From contig CP136572.1 in the NCBI GenBank assembly GCA_035193785.1, positions 1,876,578 to 1,940,577 of the forward strand: DNA of 64,000 nt, written 5' to 3'. Below, in pieces: positions 13,290 through 25,334 of the stretch. Source of the DNA: Planktothrix sp. GU0601_MAG3 (lineage in GTDB: Bacteria; Cyanobacteriota; Cyanobacteriia; Cyanobacteriales; Microcoleaceae). Under the pieces are notes generated by a model. It was not told the DNA's origin. It was given only the letters and a program-made list of their open reading frames with translations, and did no database searches. A program made the position numbers and the translations under genes. The stretch's first letter is position 1. Each line of letters opens with the position of its first letter.

Positions 13290-15961
13290 TTAACCTCCAA
13301 TCATCGTTGGTTGGGGTTCAAACACGGGGAAAATGTGATCGCCTTTGTAATTATCAGAAACTAAAGGATGACCATAATAGGCATCAATTAACAGTTGTTT
13401 CAAGTCTTTAATCAAAGGATAACGGGGATTAGCTCCAGTACATTGATCGTCAAAAGCTTGATCTGCAACTTCATCTAATTTAGCCAGAAATTCCGCTTCG
13501 CTAATATCTTTTAAAACCTCTTTAATAGAAGCCGGGATTCCCACTTGGCGCTTTAATTCTTCGATGGCTAAAATCAAATGATCGATTTTTTGATCTTCCG
13601 TTTCTCCCCCTAAGCGCAGATAGTCCGCAATCCGAGAATAGCGCCATTTGGCATTCGGATATTTATACTGGGAGAAAGTGGCTTGTTTGAACGGAACATC
13701 GGTGGCATTATAACGAATTACATAACTAATCATTAAGGCATTAGCTAACCCGTGGGGAATGTGGAATGTACCACCTAATTGATGGGCTAAGGAGTGACAA
13801 ATTCCCAGGAATCCATTAGCAAATGCCATCCCCGCCATGGTAGAAGCATAGTGCATTTTTTCCCGGGCTTTAGGATCATTGGCTCCATTTTGATAGGAAC
13901 TGGGCAGGTATTTAAAGATTAACCGAATTGCCTCTAAAGATAACCCATTGGTATATTCCGAAGCCAACACCGAAACATAGGATTCTAGGGCGTGGGTTAG
14001 GGCATCAACTCCTCCAAAAGCCGTTAAACTTTTGGGCATATTTAACACCAATTCCGGGTCAACAATTGCCATATTTGGTGTTAACGCATAATCGGCTAAG
14101 GGATATTTAATATTAGTGCGACGGTCGGTAACTACGGCAAAGGGCGTGACTTCTGACCCAGTTCCCGAAGTAGTCGGAATCGCAACTAACATGGCTTTTT
14201 TCCCCAAAGGCGGCAATTCATAAACCCGTTTCCGAATATCCATAAACCGCATGGCTAACCCTTCAAATTCGATATCAGGATGTTCATACATTAGCCACAT
14301 AATTTTAGCTGCATCCATGGGAGAAACCGCCCCCAATGGCAATAATTACATCGGGTTTAAAGGTATTCATTAAGGTTAATCCCCGTTGTACCGTATCTAA
14401 AGACGGGTCGGGTTCAACATCGTAGAACACATCATATTTAATGCCAATTTCCTCTAAAACTCCTTCCAGGGAACGGGTAATTCCTAAATCAAATAGGGGT
14501 TTATCCGTAACAATAAAAGCCCGCTCTTTTCCGGCTAATTCTCGAATGGCAACGGGTAAAGATCCATATTTGAAATATACTTTGGGAGGAATCCGAAACC
14601 AAAGCATATTTTCTCGACGTTCGGCGACGGTTTTAATGTTTAATAAATGCCGAGGTTCGACGTTTTCACTGATAGAATTTCCGCCCCAACTTCCACATCC
14701 TAAAGTTAAAGAAGGGTCAAGACGGAAGTTATAAATATCACCAATTGCTCCTTGGGAAGACGGAGTATTAATTAAAACTCGGGCGGTTTGAACGGTATCT
14801 TCAAACTTTTTAATATGGTTGATATTGTTGGGAGAAGTGTATAAAGAAGCCGTGTGTCCCCGTCCCCCTAACTGTACTAAAGTATCGGCTTTTACCACCG
14901 CATCCTCAAAATCCTTAGCCCGATACATAGCTAAAATGGGGGAAAGTTTTTCATGGGAAAAGGGATCATTTTCGTCAACTTCTACCCCTTCTCCAATAAT
15001 TACCCGGGTTTCTTCGGAAACACTAATTCCGGCTAATTCGGCTAATTTTTGTACAGGTTGACCGACAATTTCCCCATTCAAATGTCCGTCAACAAAAATC
15101 ACCTTGGCCATGCGTTCCCGTTCTTCGGGATTGAGGAAATAAGCTCCACGCAAAATAAATTCCTGCTTGACTTCTTCGTAAACAGAATCGACCACAATTA
15201 CCGATTGTTCACTGGCACAAATCATGCCATTATCGAAGGTTTTACTAATAATAATTGAGGAAACGGCCATTTTAATATGGGCGGTATCGTCAATTAAGGC
15301 TGGAGTATTCCCCGCCCCGACTCCCAGGGAGGGATTACCGGAGGAATAGGCTGCCCGTACCATTCCTGGCCCTCCGGTGGCTAAAATCAGTTTAATGTCC
15401 GGGTGCTGCATCAGGGTTTGGGACAGGGGGACAGTGGGTTGGTCAATCCAGCCAATAATATCTTCCGGGGCTCCGGCGGCGACGGCGGCATCCAGGACAA
15501 TTTTCGCGGCGGCGGTGGTACAATTTTTAGCCCGGGGATGGGGGGAAAAAATAATCCCGTTGCGGGTTTTGAGGGCAATTAGGGCTTTAAAAATTGCCGT
15601 TGATGTGGGGTTTGTGGTGGGAACAATTCCGGCTAAAATTCCCACGGGTTTCGGCGATTTTTTGAAAGCCAAAGGATTTGTCTTCTTCAATCACCCCACA
15701 GGTTTTTTCCTGTTTATATTTATTGTAAATAATTTCTGAGGCAAAGTGGTTTTTAATCACCTTATCTTCTACAACCCCCATGCCGGTTTCTTCTACGGCC
15801 ATTTTTGCTAAAGGAATCCGGGCAGCATTTGCCGCGAGTGCTGCTTTTTTGAAAATGTAGTCTACCTGTTCCTGAGTATAGGTTGCATATTTTTGTTCCG
15901 CCACCTTCACCCGTTGGATTAGGGCTTCAAGTTGATCAATGTTTGTGACTTTATCCATCAT
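13290..15961 (-). CDS. adhE: Bifunctional acetaldehyde-CoA/alcohol dehydrogenase (apparent frameshifts at 15648-15652 and 14323-14327)
   Basis: EDKVIKNHFASE, PTTNPTST, ATGGPGMV, FDNGMICASEQ, GGGSPMDAAK, PTTSGTGSE, HSLAH, HGLANA. Confidence 0.97.
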
Positions 15962-16014
15962 AATATATCCGCCTGTTTCGGTTTGGATTCAGGTTGTTGT
16001 GGTGTTCGTTTATA

Positions 16015-16032
16015 TGATAATATTTTTTATCA
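16015..16032. promoter_or_regulatory. Putative operator palindrome TGATAA-N6-TTATCA between divergent adhE and the acyl-CoA ligase/GNAT gene
   Basis: Perfect 6-6-6 inverted repeat about 55 bp upstream of the adhE start; the regulator is unknown. Confidence 0.3.
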
Positions 16033-16174
16033 ATTTTGGAATCGGGCGGGGACAAAATCACTCAATTTTAATATAAACTTAATACAAATTTAAGATTAAA
16101 GCCCTATTTTGAGGATCGGAAACCTTTTATCATGGATCTATAATTGAATCAACTCTTAAACTGATAACTGATAC

Positions 16175-16198
16175 AGACGCGCCATGGCACGTCTCTAC
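16175..16198. repeat. REP-like GTAG palindrome (GTAGAGACGTGCCATGGCGCGTCT family) flanked by ACTGATA heptamers
   Basis: Same element at 47036-47061 and 50208-50233. Confidence 0.8.
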
Positions 16199-16215
16199 AC
16201 TGATAACTGATTTCT

Positions 16216-18964
16216 ATGGTAGCCACAACAACTCGAATTTCTGACCCCGCCCATGATGTCTTACGCTACGAACATCAGTCTCTGAATGCGATTTTCAACC
16301 CCAAAACTGTGGCGGTGATTGGAGCGACAGAAAAGCCAAATAGCGTGGGTAGAACTCTACTATGGAATTTAATTAGTAGTCCGTTTGGGGGGATGGTTTT
16401 TCCCGTGAATCCCCATCGTAATAGTATTTTAGGAATTAAGGCTTATCCTAGTATTAAAGATACCCCAGAACCCGTTGATTTAGCGATTATTGCCACCCCA
16501 GCCCCCAGTGTACCCGGGGTGATGGAAGAATGCGCCGCCGTCGGGGTGAAAGGGGTGATTATTTTATCGGCTGGATTTAAAGAAATCGGCTCGAAAGGAA
16601 TAGAATTAGAACAGAAAGTTTTAGAAATTGCGCGATTAAATAAAATTAGAATTATCGGCCCCAACTGTTTAGGATTAATGAATCCCTTAACCGGACTTAA
16701 TGCCACCTTTGCTAATGCCATGGCAAAACCGGGAAGCGTTGGCTTTATTAGTCAAAGTGGGGCTTTATGTACTTCGATTTTAGACTGGAGTTTCCGAGAA
16801 AATGTCGGGTTTAGTGCCTTCGTTTCCATCGGTTCGATGTTAGATATTGATTGGGGAGATTTAATCTATTATTTGGGCAATGACCCCCACACTAAAAGTA
16901 TAGTTATCTATATGGAATCTATCGGGGATGCCCGATCTTTTTTATCCGCAGCTAGGGAAGTCGCCCTCACTAAACCGATTATTGTAATTAAAGCCGGACG
17001 CACCGAAGCCGCCGCCAAAGCCGCCGCCTCCCACACCGGAGCCATGGCCGGAAGTGATGATGTTTTAGATGCCGCTTTTCGACGCTGTGGCATCCTGCGA
17101 GTTTATCATATCGCCCATTTGTTCTCGATTGCGGAACTTCTGAGCAAACAACCCCGACCCAAAGGGCCACGACTCACGATTTTAACCAATGCCGGAGGGC
17201 CGGGGGTCTTAACCACAGATACCTTAATTGGGGAAGGAGGCACCCTCGCCCAACTCTCGGGCGAAACCCTGGCGGCCCTAAATCAAGTCCTACCGCCCCA
17301 ATGGAGCCATGATAACCCCATTGATATTCTAGGGGATGCCGATCCCGAACGCTATGCCAAAGCCTTTGATATCGTAGTAGAAGATCCGAATAGTGACGGT
17401 ATTTTAGTGATTTTGACTCCCCAGGCCATGACTGACCCCAGTAAAACGGCGGAACAGTTGAAAGACCGTTGTTTGACCATGCCCCATAAACCGATTTTAG
17501 CGAGTTGGATGGGGGGTGCGGATGTGGAATCGGGGCTTAAAATTCTCAATCAAGCCAATATTGCCACCTTTTTCTATCCCGACTCGGCGGTACGGATGTT
17601 TAACTATATGTGGCGCTACACCTACAATTTAAAAGGTTTGTATGAAACCCCTAGTTTACCCAAGGCTGGTGAGGATGAAAGTCTGGTTTGTGATTGTGTA
17701 CAACATCTGATTAACTCGGTTTTAGCCGAAGGACGCACCCTATTAACGGAGTTTGAATCCAAACGCCTACTTTCGGCCTATGGGATTCCCACGGTACAAA
17801 CCCATATCGCCTCAACCCTCGATGCCGCCGTCAACTCAGCCGAAACAGTTAGGGTATCCGGTAGTCTTGAAACTCCTCTCCAAAACCATCACCCATAAAA
17901 CCGATGTGGGCGGAGTAAAACTCAACCTCGATACCCCAGAAGCCGTCCGTCAAGCCTATGCCGCCATTGAAAGTTCCGTGACCCAACAGGTGGGGGCGGA
18001 ACATTTCCAAGGAGTGACAGTACAAAAAATGGTCAAATTAGAAGGCTATGAATTGATTATTGGCAGTAGCCTTGACCCCCAATTTGGCCCGGTGTTGTTG
18101 TTTGGCATGGGTGGGCAATTAGTCGAAGTCTTCAAAGATCGGGCCTTAGCCTTGCCTCCGTTAAATACGACCCTTGCCCGACGGATGATGGAACAAACCA
18201 AAATTTATAAAGCCCTGTTAGGGGTGCGGGGACGGCATTCGGTGGATATGGAAGCCTTAAAAGAATTATTAGTCCGGTTCTCGAATTTAGTGGTGGAACA
18301 GCCTTGGATTAAAGAGATTGATATTAACCCGTTATTGGCTTCGGAAAATGAGTTAATTGCCTTAGATGCCCGGGTAGTCTTACATTCCCCCGACACCAAA
18401 CCCGAAGATTTACCTAAACCCGCCATTCGCCCCTATCCTCGGCAATATATCACCCATTGGACATCGAAAAAAGGCATGGCGATTACCATTCGGCCCATTC
18501 GCCCTGAAGATGAACCTTTGATGGTCAAGTTTGATGAAAGTTTATCGGAGGAAAGTGTTTATTTGCGTTATGCTCATCTGGTGAAACTCAGTTCCCGTGT
18601 CACCCATGAACGCCTATCAAGACTGTGTTTTATTGATTATGACCGAGAAATGGCTTTAGTCGCCGAATATCAACAGCCCGAAACCAGGGAAAATAAAATT
18701 ATTGGGGTGGGAAGGCTGAGTAAAGGCTATGGTAACGATGAGGTGGAATTTTCCCTACTGGTGAGTGATAATTACCAACGTCAAGGAATTGGTACGGAGT
18801 TATTGCGCCAATTACTCAATATTGCGCGTCAAGAGAAAATGCCTCTAATTTTTGCTGAAATTCTCAGCGATAATCGAATTATGCAGAATATTTGTCAACA
18901 ATTAGGGTTTACCTTAAATCGGGTTATTGGTGAACCGATGGTCAGGGCAGAAATTCAATTGTAA
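16216..18964 (+). CDS. Acetate--CoA ligase (ADP-forming) family / GNAT acetyltransferase fusion (Pat/YfiQ-like; apparent frameshift at 17842-17846)
   Basis: [42 protein letters not shown]-grasp, DINPL; C-terminal [12 protein letters not shown]…YQRQGIG. Confidence 0.92.
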
Positions 18965-19146
18965 TTTACTAGAAACCGGGTTTTTGTCATCAAGAATAGA
19001 GTATGGAGAAACCCAGTTTTTGATAATTTGTGAGAGTATTCCTCGGGTTAAATTATCCTATTTTATAACCTTGATATAATTAGAGAATTAAATATTTTTA
19101 TTATAGGCGATCGCTTTAAAAATATGAAAATTACTATTTTCTACCC

Positions 19147-19433
19147 GTAGGGGCGGGTTCTCCCAGATATTTGATATTCACAAACCCTCTAACAAAACCC
19201 GCCCCAAATTATAAACCGGGTTTTTGCAGAAATCTTTGTTAACAACCGAAATATTGAGAAAAAACCCGGTTTCTGAGGTTAAAACGGGGCGGGTTTTTAT
19301 AAACCGGGTTTTTGCAGAAATCTTTGTTAACAACCGAAATATTGAGAAAAAACCCGGTTTATGAGGTTAAAACAGGGCGGGTTTAGAAAAATTATCTGTC
19401 AATATCAGAAATTATTATAGAACCCGCCCCTAC
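19147..19433. mobile_element. REP/BIME-like composite element with 15-bp terminal inverted repeats and an internal 88-bp tandem duplication
   Basis: GTAGGGGCGGGTTCT (19147-19161) and AGAACCCGCCCCTAC (19419-19433); near-identical units start at 19211 and 19299. Confidence 0.8.
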
Positions 19434-19475
19434 AATTAGAAACCGGGTTTTTAGGAAAAACCCCGGTTTCTGGAT

Positions 19476-20721
19476 TTAAACTTTTCCCACCGCTTCAATT
19501 GCGGCTTCTAATGCTAAGGAAATATGTGTCCAATGGGTTCCTCCTTGACAGAACACAATATAAGGTTCTCTTAACGGCCCATCGGCGGAAAATTCCGAGG
19601 TACTGCCATCAATAAAAGTCCCCCCCGCCATCACCAAATCACTTTCATATCCCGGCATTGGTGCGGGAATTGGGTCAAGATAGGAACCAATCGGAGAATA
19701 TTGTTGAATTGCCCGACAAAAGGCAATTAATTTATCAGGAGAACCTAACTCAATAGCTTGAATCACATCCCGTCTTTTTTCAAACGGTAAGGGATTAACA
19801 GGGTATCCCAATTGATTAAAAACATAAGACGTTAAATGGTTTCCTTTAATCGCTTCTCCCACCATTTGCGGGGCTAAAAATAACCCTTGAAAGAGAATTC
19901 GATTTTGATCAAAAGTTGCCCCGCCACTGCTCCCAATTCCCGGCGCAGTTAACCGACAGGTAGCCGCTTCTACTAAATCTTCCCGCCCAGCAACATAACC
20001 CCCCGCTTGTACAATAGTTTCCCCCGGGATTTTTAATCAAAGAACCCGCCATTAAATCGACACCAACGGCCGTTGGTTCCCGATTTTCAATAAATTCGCC
20101 ATAACAATTATCCACAAAACAAATAGTATGGGGATTCTGTTTTTTCACAATATTAACAATTTTCTCAATCTCATCAATTGACAAACTCAAACGCCAGGAA
20201 TAACCGCAGGAACGCTGAATCAAAACCATCCGGGTTTTAGCCGTTATTGCCGACTGTAGACCCTGCCAATCAATTTTTCCTGAAACAGTGAGATCCAATT
20301 GGCGGTAAGATATTCCAAAGTCTAATAATGAACCTTGACCTTGACCGCGCACACCGATGACCTCCTCCAAGGTATCGTAGGGAGCGCCAGCTACCGCCAG
20401 CAGTTCGTCCCCAGGACGTAAACAGCCAAATAGGGCACAGGTAATGGCGTGGGTTCCAGAAACAAACTGCACTCGTACCGCAGCAGATTCGGCTCCCATA
20501 ATCTCAGCAAAGACTTGATCCAAGGTTTGACGTCCCAAATCATCGTGGCCATAGCCTGTAACGCCTGCAAAGTGGTGAGTTCCAACTCGGTAGCGACGGA
20601 AGGAATCTAAAACTCGTTTAAGATTATGCTTGACCTGCGTGTCAATACCAGAAAAAATCGGAAATAGTTCCTGTTCTGCTTCTTTTAGCTGTTCGATGCT
20701 AGACATCATCACTGAACTCAA
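19476..20721 (-). CDS. Methionine gamma-lyase-like / aluminium-resistance (YnbB) family PLP protein (apparent frameshift at 20017-20021)
   Basis: GYGHDDLGR, VSGTHAI, QRSCGYSWR, FVDNCYGEF, GSLIKNPGG, AGGTFIDGSTSE. Confidence 0.92.
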
Positions 20722-20800
20722 TCAATTTGTGGGCGGTGCATAATTATGACGCAAATGGGACTCTTTCGTTAAAAAAAAAAGCTCGAATTTTCGTTTCTTC

Positions 20801-21634
20801 ATGACGATCGCAACTTCACCTCAATATAAGCCTGACTGGATCACCATTGCTTTTATGGTGTCGCTCCATGCTGCCGCGCTTCTGGCATTTTTGCCCAGTA
20901 ACTTTAGCTGGTCTGCCGTGGGCCTAGCTCTATTTTTGCATTGGGTGACTGGAGGCTTGGGAATTACCCTAGGATTTCACCGCCTGGTGAGCCATCGCAG
21001 TTTTGAAGCTCCCAAATGGTTAGAATATTTTTTAATTTTTTGTGGAACCCTAGCTTGCCAAGGAGGGCCAATTGATTGGATCGGGTTACACCGTCTCCAT
21101 CATCAATATTCCGATCACGAGCAAGATCCCCATGATTCCACAAAAGGTTTTTGGTGGAGTCATCTCGGCTGGATGTTGTTCCATACTCCGGCGGATGAAC
21201 AAATTCCCCGTTTCACAAAAGATATTTCCGATGACCCCGTATATCAGTTCTTCCAAACCTACTTCTTAGTGATTCAAGTGGTCTTTGGATTGTTACTATA
21301 TCTGATGGGCGGTTGGCCTTTTGTGGTCTGGGGCATTTTCTTTCGGGTGGTGGTCATGTTCCACTGCACTTGGTTTGTCAATAGTGCGACTCACAAATTT
21401 GGGTATCAAACCTACGAGTCGGGAGATTCCTCCCGCAACTGCTGGTGGGTCGCCGTTGTTACCTATGGTGAAGGTTGGCACAATAATCACCATGCTTTTC
21501 AATATTCCGCCCGTCACGGTTTGGAATGGTGGGAAATTGACTTAACTTGGATGACCATTGCGCTATTACAGGCGTTAGGGCTCGCCCAAAAAGTAAAATT
21601 ACCCCCCGCCAATGCTGAAGCCCAACGTATCTAA
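20801..21634 (+). CDS. desC: Acyl-lipid delta-9 desaturase
   Basis: His boxes HRLVSH, HRLHH and HNNHH; FVNSATH. Confidence 0.88.
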   Translation: MTIATSPQYKPDWITIAFMVSLHAAALLAFLPSNFSWSAVGLALFLHWVTGGLGITLGFHRLVSHRSFEAPKWLEYFLIFCGTLACQGGPIDWIGLHRLHHQYSDHEQDPHDSTKGFWWSHLGWMLFHTPADEQIPRFTKDISDDPVYQFFQTYFLVIQVVFGLLLYLMGGWPFVVWGIFFRVVVMFHCTWFVNSATHKFGYQTYESGDSSRNCWWVAVVTYGEGWHNNHHAFQYSARHGLEWWEIDLTWMTIALLQALGLAQKVKLPPANAEAQRI

Positions 21635-22894
21635 AATTGCCGATTACCCTGAACAACGTGTTTCAGGGTCATCAGGGCTTCTAAACCAATTAATCCCCGA
21701 CGATATCCTTTCTGGTTAGAAATTCCCAGAAAAATTGCGTCTCCTCGGTTTCAAGTGACGGGAAAATCGAGGGGACGCATTAATAAAGGTCAAGGCACTA
21801 TTGACATCTTGGGCAAATTTTCGACTCTCGGAATAGGATTCGGTAGCTAAACAGTTCGCGTGACCGCTACTATGGGTATTCATCCAAATAATCGCTTGTT
21901 CTAAATTATCTACCCTTTTAAAAGCAACGGTGTGAGTTAAATAGGGTCTTGACCATTCCGTGGTTTCTGCTAAAATCAATTCCGAAAATTCTTGAGCGAG
22001 CCCTTCATCTCCTCGCAGTTCAAATCCAGCTTCCCTTAAGTTATTCCACAATCGCACCAGGGATGAGCTTTTTTGATTAGGATCAATCAGAACTTTTTCA
22101 ATAGCATTCACCGCATCCGGTTTACCATCCTGACTATCTAGGATCATCCATCGCGCCGTATCCACACTCGCCGTAGATGACCAATATAAATAACAATTTC
22201 CGATGGCTGAACGCAAGACGGGGACTGTGGATTGATTCACCACTTGTTGCACAAAATGGGGGCGTCCGTAGGGAATCACTAAATTAATATATTTGTCCTG
22301 GGTCACTAACGATTGCATCGGGGTATGGGGTGCTGGCGGTAGAATTTCTAAACAACCTGGAGGGAGTCCCGATTCTTCTAAGGCAATTTGCAAGGTTTGA
22401 ACAATAATCTGATTGGAATGGCTGGCTTCTGTTCCACCTAGTAGCACTAGACTATTGGCGGTTTTTAAACAGAGTCCGGTGGCAATGGCCGCTAATTCCG
22501 GGAAGGCTTCATAAATTAAGGCCACGACCCCCAGGGGAATCGGTTGGAAATAGGTTTGTCCCTGTTCGAGTTGATAGGAAGCACTCATCACCCGACCAAT
22601 GGGATCGGGCAGTTGTCCCAGACGTTCTAAAATTTGAACGGTGGTTTCTAAGCGTTCTGGGGTGAGTTTCAGCCAGTCGGTAACTAATTCTGATAGTCCG
22701 AGGTTGCGACTGGCTTCTAAGTCGAGGGTATTGGCTTCTAGGATGTCATTCTGTCGCGATCGCAATGCCTTTGCCATCAGGTGCAAGGCACGACTCCGAT
22801 CTGCTCCTCTGGTTTTGGCTAATTCAAAACTGGCCAGGTAAGCACGACGCAAAGGATTGTCTGGAGGTAGGAGAGAGGAATCATCAATTATCAT
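21631..22894 (-). CDS. proA: Gamma-glutamyl phosphate reductase-like paralogue (apparent frameshift at 21748-21752)
   Basis: LPDPIG, PLGVVALIYEA, LVIPYG, HSSGHA, INASPRF; the corrected end is GISNQKGYRRGLIGLEAL. The usual catalytic CNA reads VNA. Confidence 0.8.
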
Positions 22895-22898
22895 GCCG

Positions 22899-23304
22899 CT
22901 AACGCCTGTAAGCGAGCCAAACCATTAGTGCGGGTAATATGGCTAAAACCACAGCAACTATTGCCCATAACACAAGATTTGGCCCAGGTGAATACAAGGC
23001 TAATGGTAACCAGATCACTAATGGAAACTAGGAGCATCCCTAAAGCCATGGGTAAATAGTGGGCTTTTAACCCTGGACTGGCTCTGTTCCATTGATGACC
23101 TGTCCAATGCCAAGCCTGTTTATAAGGATAATGGGTGGCGAGTTGTTCTAAGCAATAACCACTCTCATCGACAACGAAAATTTGCTGACAGCGATCGCAG
23201 CCAAAGGCTTCCGTCAGCGCAATGGGAACTAGCTGCCCCTTTCGCCGACAGGGGCAAGGATAATCCCCATTCAAATCAATCTTTTGAGCTTTTTGGGATG
23301 GCAC
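22899..23304 (-). CDS. Conserved cyanobacterial hypothetical protein with a Cys-rich (Zn-ribbon-like) N-terminus and C-terminal TM helices (apparent frameshift at 23024-23028)
   Basis: YPCPC…EAFGCDRC; the corrected C-terminus is LVPLVIWLPLAL…LWAIVAVVLAILPALMVWLAYRR*. Confidence 0.75.
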
Positions 23305-23570
23305 AAGCGATCCGTTAATTTAATGTTTTTGTAATAATTGAGAAAAAAAAAGTAAATTAAATCAATTATAGTCAAGTTGAACTTTGAATTTAAAAGGTTA
23401 GCTTTTCTTAACTCCTATCCTCCAGGGGATATTTATTCTCTGGTTTTCGTTCCCAACAATCTTTTAGCTTGAATCTGGAATTGGTTTTGGCTTTTATTAA
23501 AACAAACTGTTTGTTCACAGGAGAAAAAACTCCCAGGACACCAAAGACCAAATAAAAAAATGACAAAAAA

Positions 23571-23598
23571 TTATCGGGAGAATTAATTCTCCCGATAA
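23571..23598 (-). terminator. Intrinsic terminator downstream of tRNA-Gly
   Basis: Perfect 28-bp palindrome TTATCGGGAGAATTAATTCTCCCGATAA followed by a T-run on the minus strand. Confidence 0.7.
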
Positions 23599-23621
23599 AA
23601 TGCTACCATATATTTTTTCTA

Positions 23622-23693
23622 AGCGGGTGATGGGATTCGAACCCACGACATCAACCTTGGCAAGGTTGCGCTCTACCACTGAGCTACACCCGC
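23622..23693 (-). tRNA. tRNA-Gly (GCC)
   Basis: GCGGGTG acceptor stem, TAGCTCAGTGGTAGAGC D-arm, CAACC-TTGCCAA-GGTTG anticodon arm, GGTTCGAATCC T-loop; no encoded CCA. Confidence 0.97.
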
Positions 23694-23758
23694 AACTCGT
23701 TCACCTTTTCTATGATTCCAAAAATCTTGAGATTTGTCAACCCCTTTCCCAAAAATTT

Positions 23759-24352
23759 TTAGAACCTCAGAACTTTTACAAGGTTTCCGACTGCTGTTTC
23801 ACCCGTTTCCGTTGTTAAAGCCGGACTAGCGCTCGCAGATAAGACCGCCTTAGAATCCACCGTTGTTGCTGCACTTTGCTTGATTTGACGCATTAAATTC
23901 GCCATCTCAATCGCATCCATCGCATAGTTCCAACCGTGATTAGCCTTAATTCCGGCGCGTTCTAGGGCTTGCTGCATGGTGTCGGTGGTCAGCACCCCAA
24001 AAATCACAGGAACACCCGTTTGAAACGCCGTAGCTGCGATACCCTTGGAAACTTCCGATGAGACATAATCAAAATGGGGGGTTTGTCCCTTAATCACGGC
24101 CCCCAAACAAATAATCGCATCATAGCGACGGGTTAGAGCTAACTGATGAGCCACTAATGGAATCTCAAAACTCCCTGGAACCCAAACATAATCGACTTGT
24201 GTTCCCTGGGGATCGGGATCAATCCCATGTCGTTTTAAACAATCTTGACATCCCTCTAAAAGTTTGGTTGTGATCAGGTCATTAAACCGACCAATCACCA
24301 TGGCAAACCTTAAGGAGTTTGTCTGGGTAAAATTTCCCTCAAAAACCGCCAT
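23759..24352 (-). CDS. ribH: 6,7-dimethyl-8-ribityllumazine synthase
   Basis: [42 protein letters not shown]. Confidence 0.96.
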   Translation of the reverse strand: MAVFEGNFTQTNSLRFAMVIGRFNDLITTKLLEGCQDCLKRHGIDPDPQGTQVDYVWVPGSFEIPLVAHQLALTRRYDAIICLGAVIKGQTPHFDYVSSEVSKGIAATAFQTGVPVIFGVLTTDTMQQALERAGIKANHGWNYAMDAIEMANLMRQIKQSAATTVDSKAVLSASASPALTTETGETAVGNLVKVLRF

Positions 24353-24493
24353 TTTTGTTATCCGATCCTTTACTGTTAACAAAAGTTAACAAATATATAA
24401 TTTTAAGACATAAATCGACGGGGAATTTTAGGTTAAACCGCTTAGGGCAATTGTCCCAAACCGTCCAACCCTCAATTCCCCAGGTCAGGTGTA

Positions 24494-24685
24494 TTAAACC
24501 ACTAGGTAGTTTAATACGCCGACTAAAATCACTAACACGAACCAAAGGCCGGAACCCACATAAAGCAAAGGCTTAGATTGGCTCCAGTATTGGGGGGAGG
24601 CATAGGCAAAGGGAACGCCTACTACCAGTAGAAAAGATAAAATCACCAGTGCCGCAAGGACAACTTGAAACAGAATTGTTAACAT
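24494..24685 (-). CDS. psbZ: Photosystem II protein Z
   Basis: MLTILFQ…[15 protein letters not shown]…W…LVGVLN; two TM helices, 63 aa. Confidence 0.95.
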   Translation of the reverse strand: MLTILFQVVLAALVILSFLLVVGVPFAYASPQYWSQSKPLLYVGSGLWFVLVILVGVLNYLVV

Positions 24686-24810
24686 TGTTTTTTCCCAACT
24701 TGACTTGGCAGTAAGTAAAAATACTGCTGACAGGCTCACCGAATCCTGTTTAGCGGTTTAATTATTAAAACTACCAGAAATTGCCACCAGTGAGAAGGAG
24801 TTAAGCAGAC

Positions 24811-24960
24811 GGGGCAGGGGGATGTGGGGAGAGCAGGGGAGGTAGGGGGAGCAGGGGGAGCAGGGGAGGTAGGGGGAGCAGGGGGAGCAGGGGGAGCACG
24901 GGGAGCACGGGGAGCAGGGGGAGCAGGGGGAGGCAGGGGAGCCGGGGGGGAGCCGGGGGT
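24811..24960 (+). repeat. G-rich 9-mer tandem repeat (GCAGGGGGA)n
   Basis: About 15 degenerate units; the same family occurs at 46247-46360. Confidence 0.85.
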
Positions 24961-25334
24961 TGGGATTTTGTTGATTTTTCGTTACAAAAATCTAAAATTA
25001 CCCTGTGGTGATCTTAGACGCCAGTGGGAAGTGATGAAAATTAATTAAGGGTTTGATGGGAATCACTGTGAAATCCTTCAGTTATTTCTATACTAACTAA
25101 GAGGTTAATAAAAAACAAATATTCCTAACCCGATTTTACTCCCTCTGTTTGTAAATGGCCATCATTAAATCATTTTCCAGGCTTTGCCTGAAATCATGGA
25201 TGGTAGGGCAGTATAAGTAATATCACCGGAACGCCAAGGTTTAACCCCGCGTCATCCCTGCTTAGGGGTATACCGTTGGTTAGCTAACCCCCGTAGTGCA
25301 GCCTCTGATTACTGGAGCAACTGAGATATAAACT

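Noticed and set aside
19211..19386. CRISPR-like repeat-spacer structure
   Set aside because: The two 88-bp units are duplicated in full, including the would-be spacer.
23622..23693. tRNA-anchored prophage or genomic island
   Set aside because: No integrase, no duplicated tRNA 3' end seen, and the flanks are core genes.
23600..23818. 72-aa ORF on the + strand
   Set aside because: Antisense shadow of tRNA-Gly.
24824..25048. 74-aa Gly/Ala-rich ORF
   Set aside because: Translation of the G-rich repeat, with no independent coding signal.
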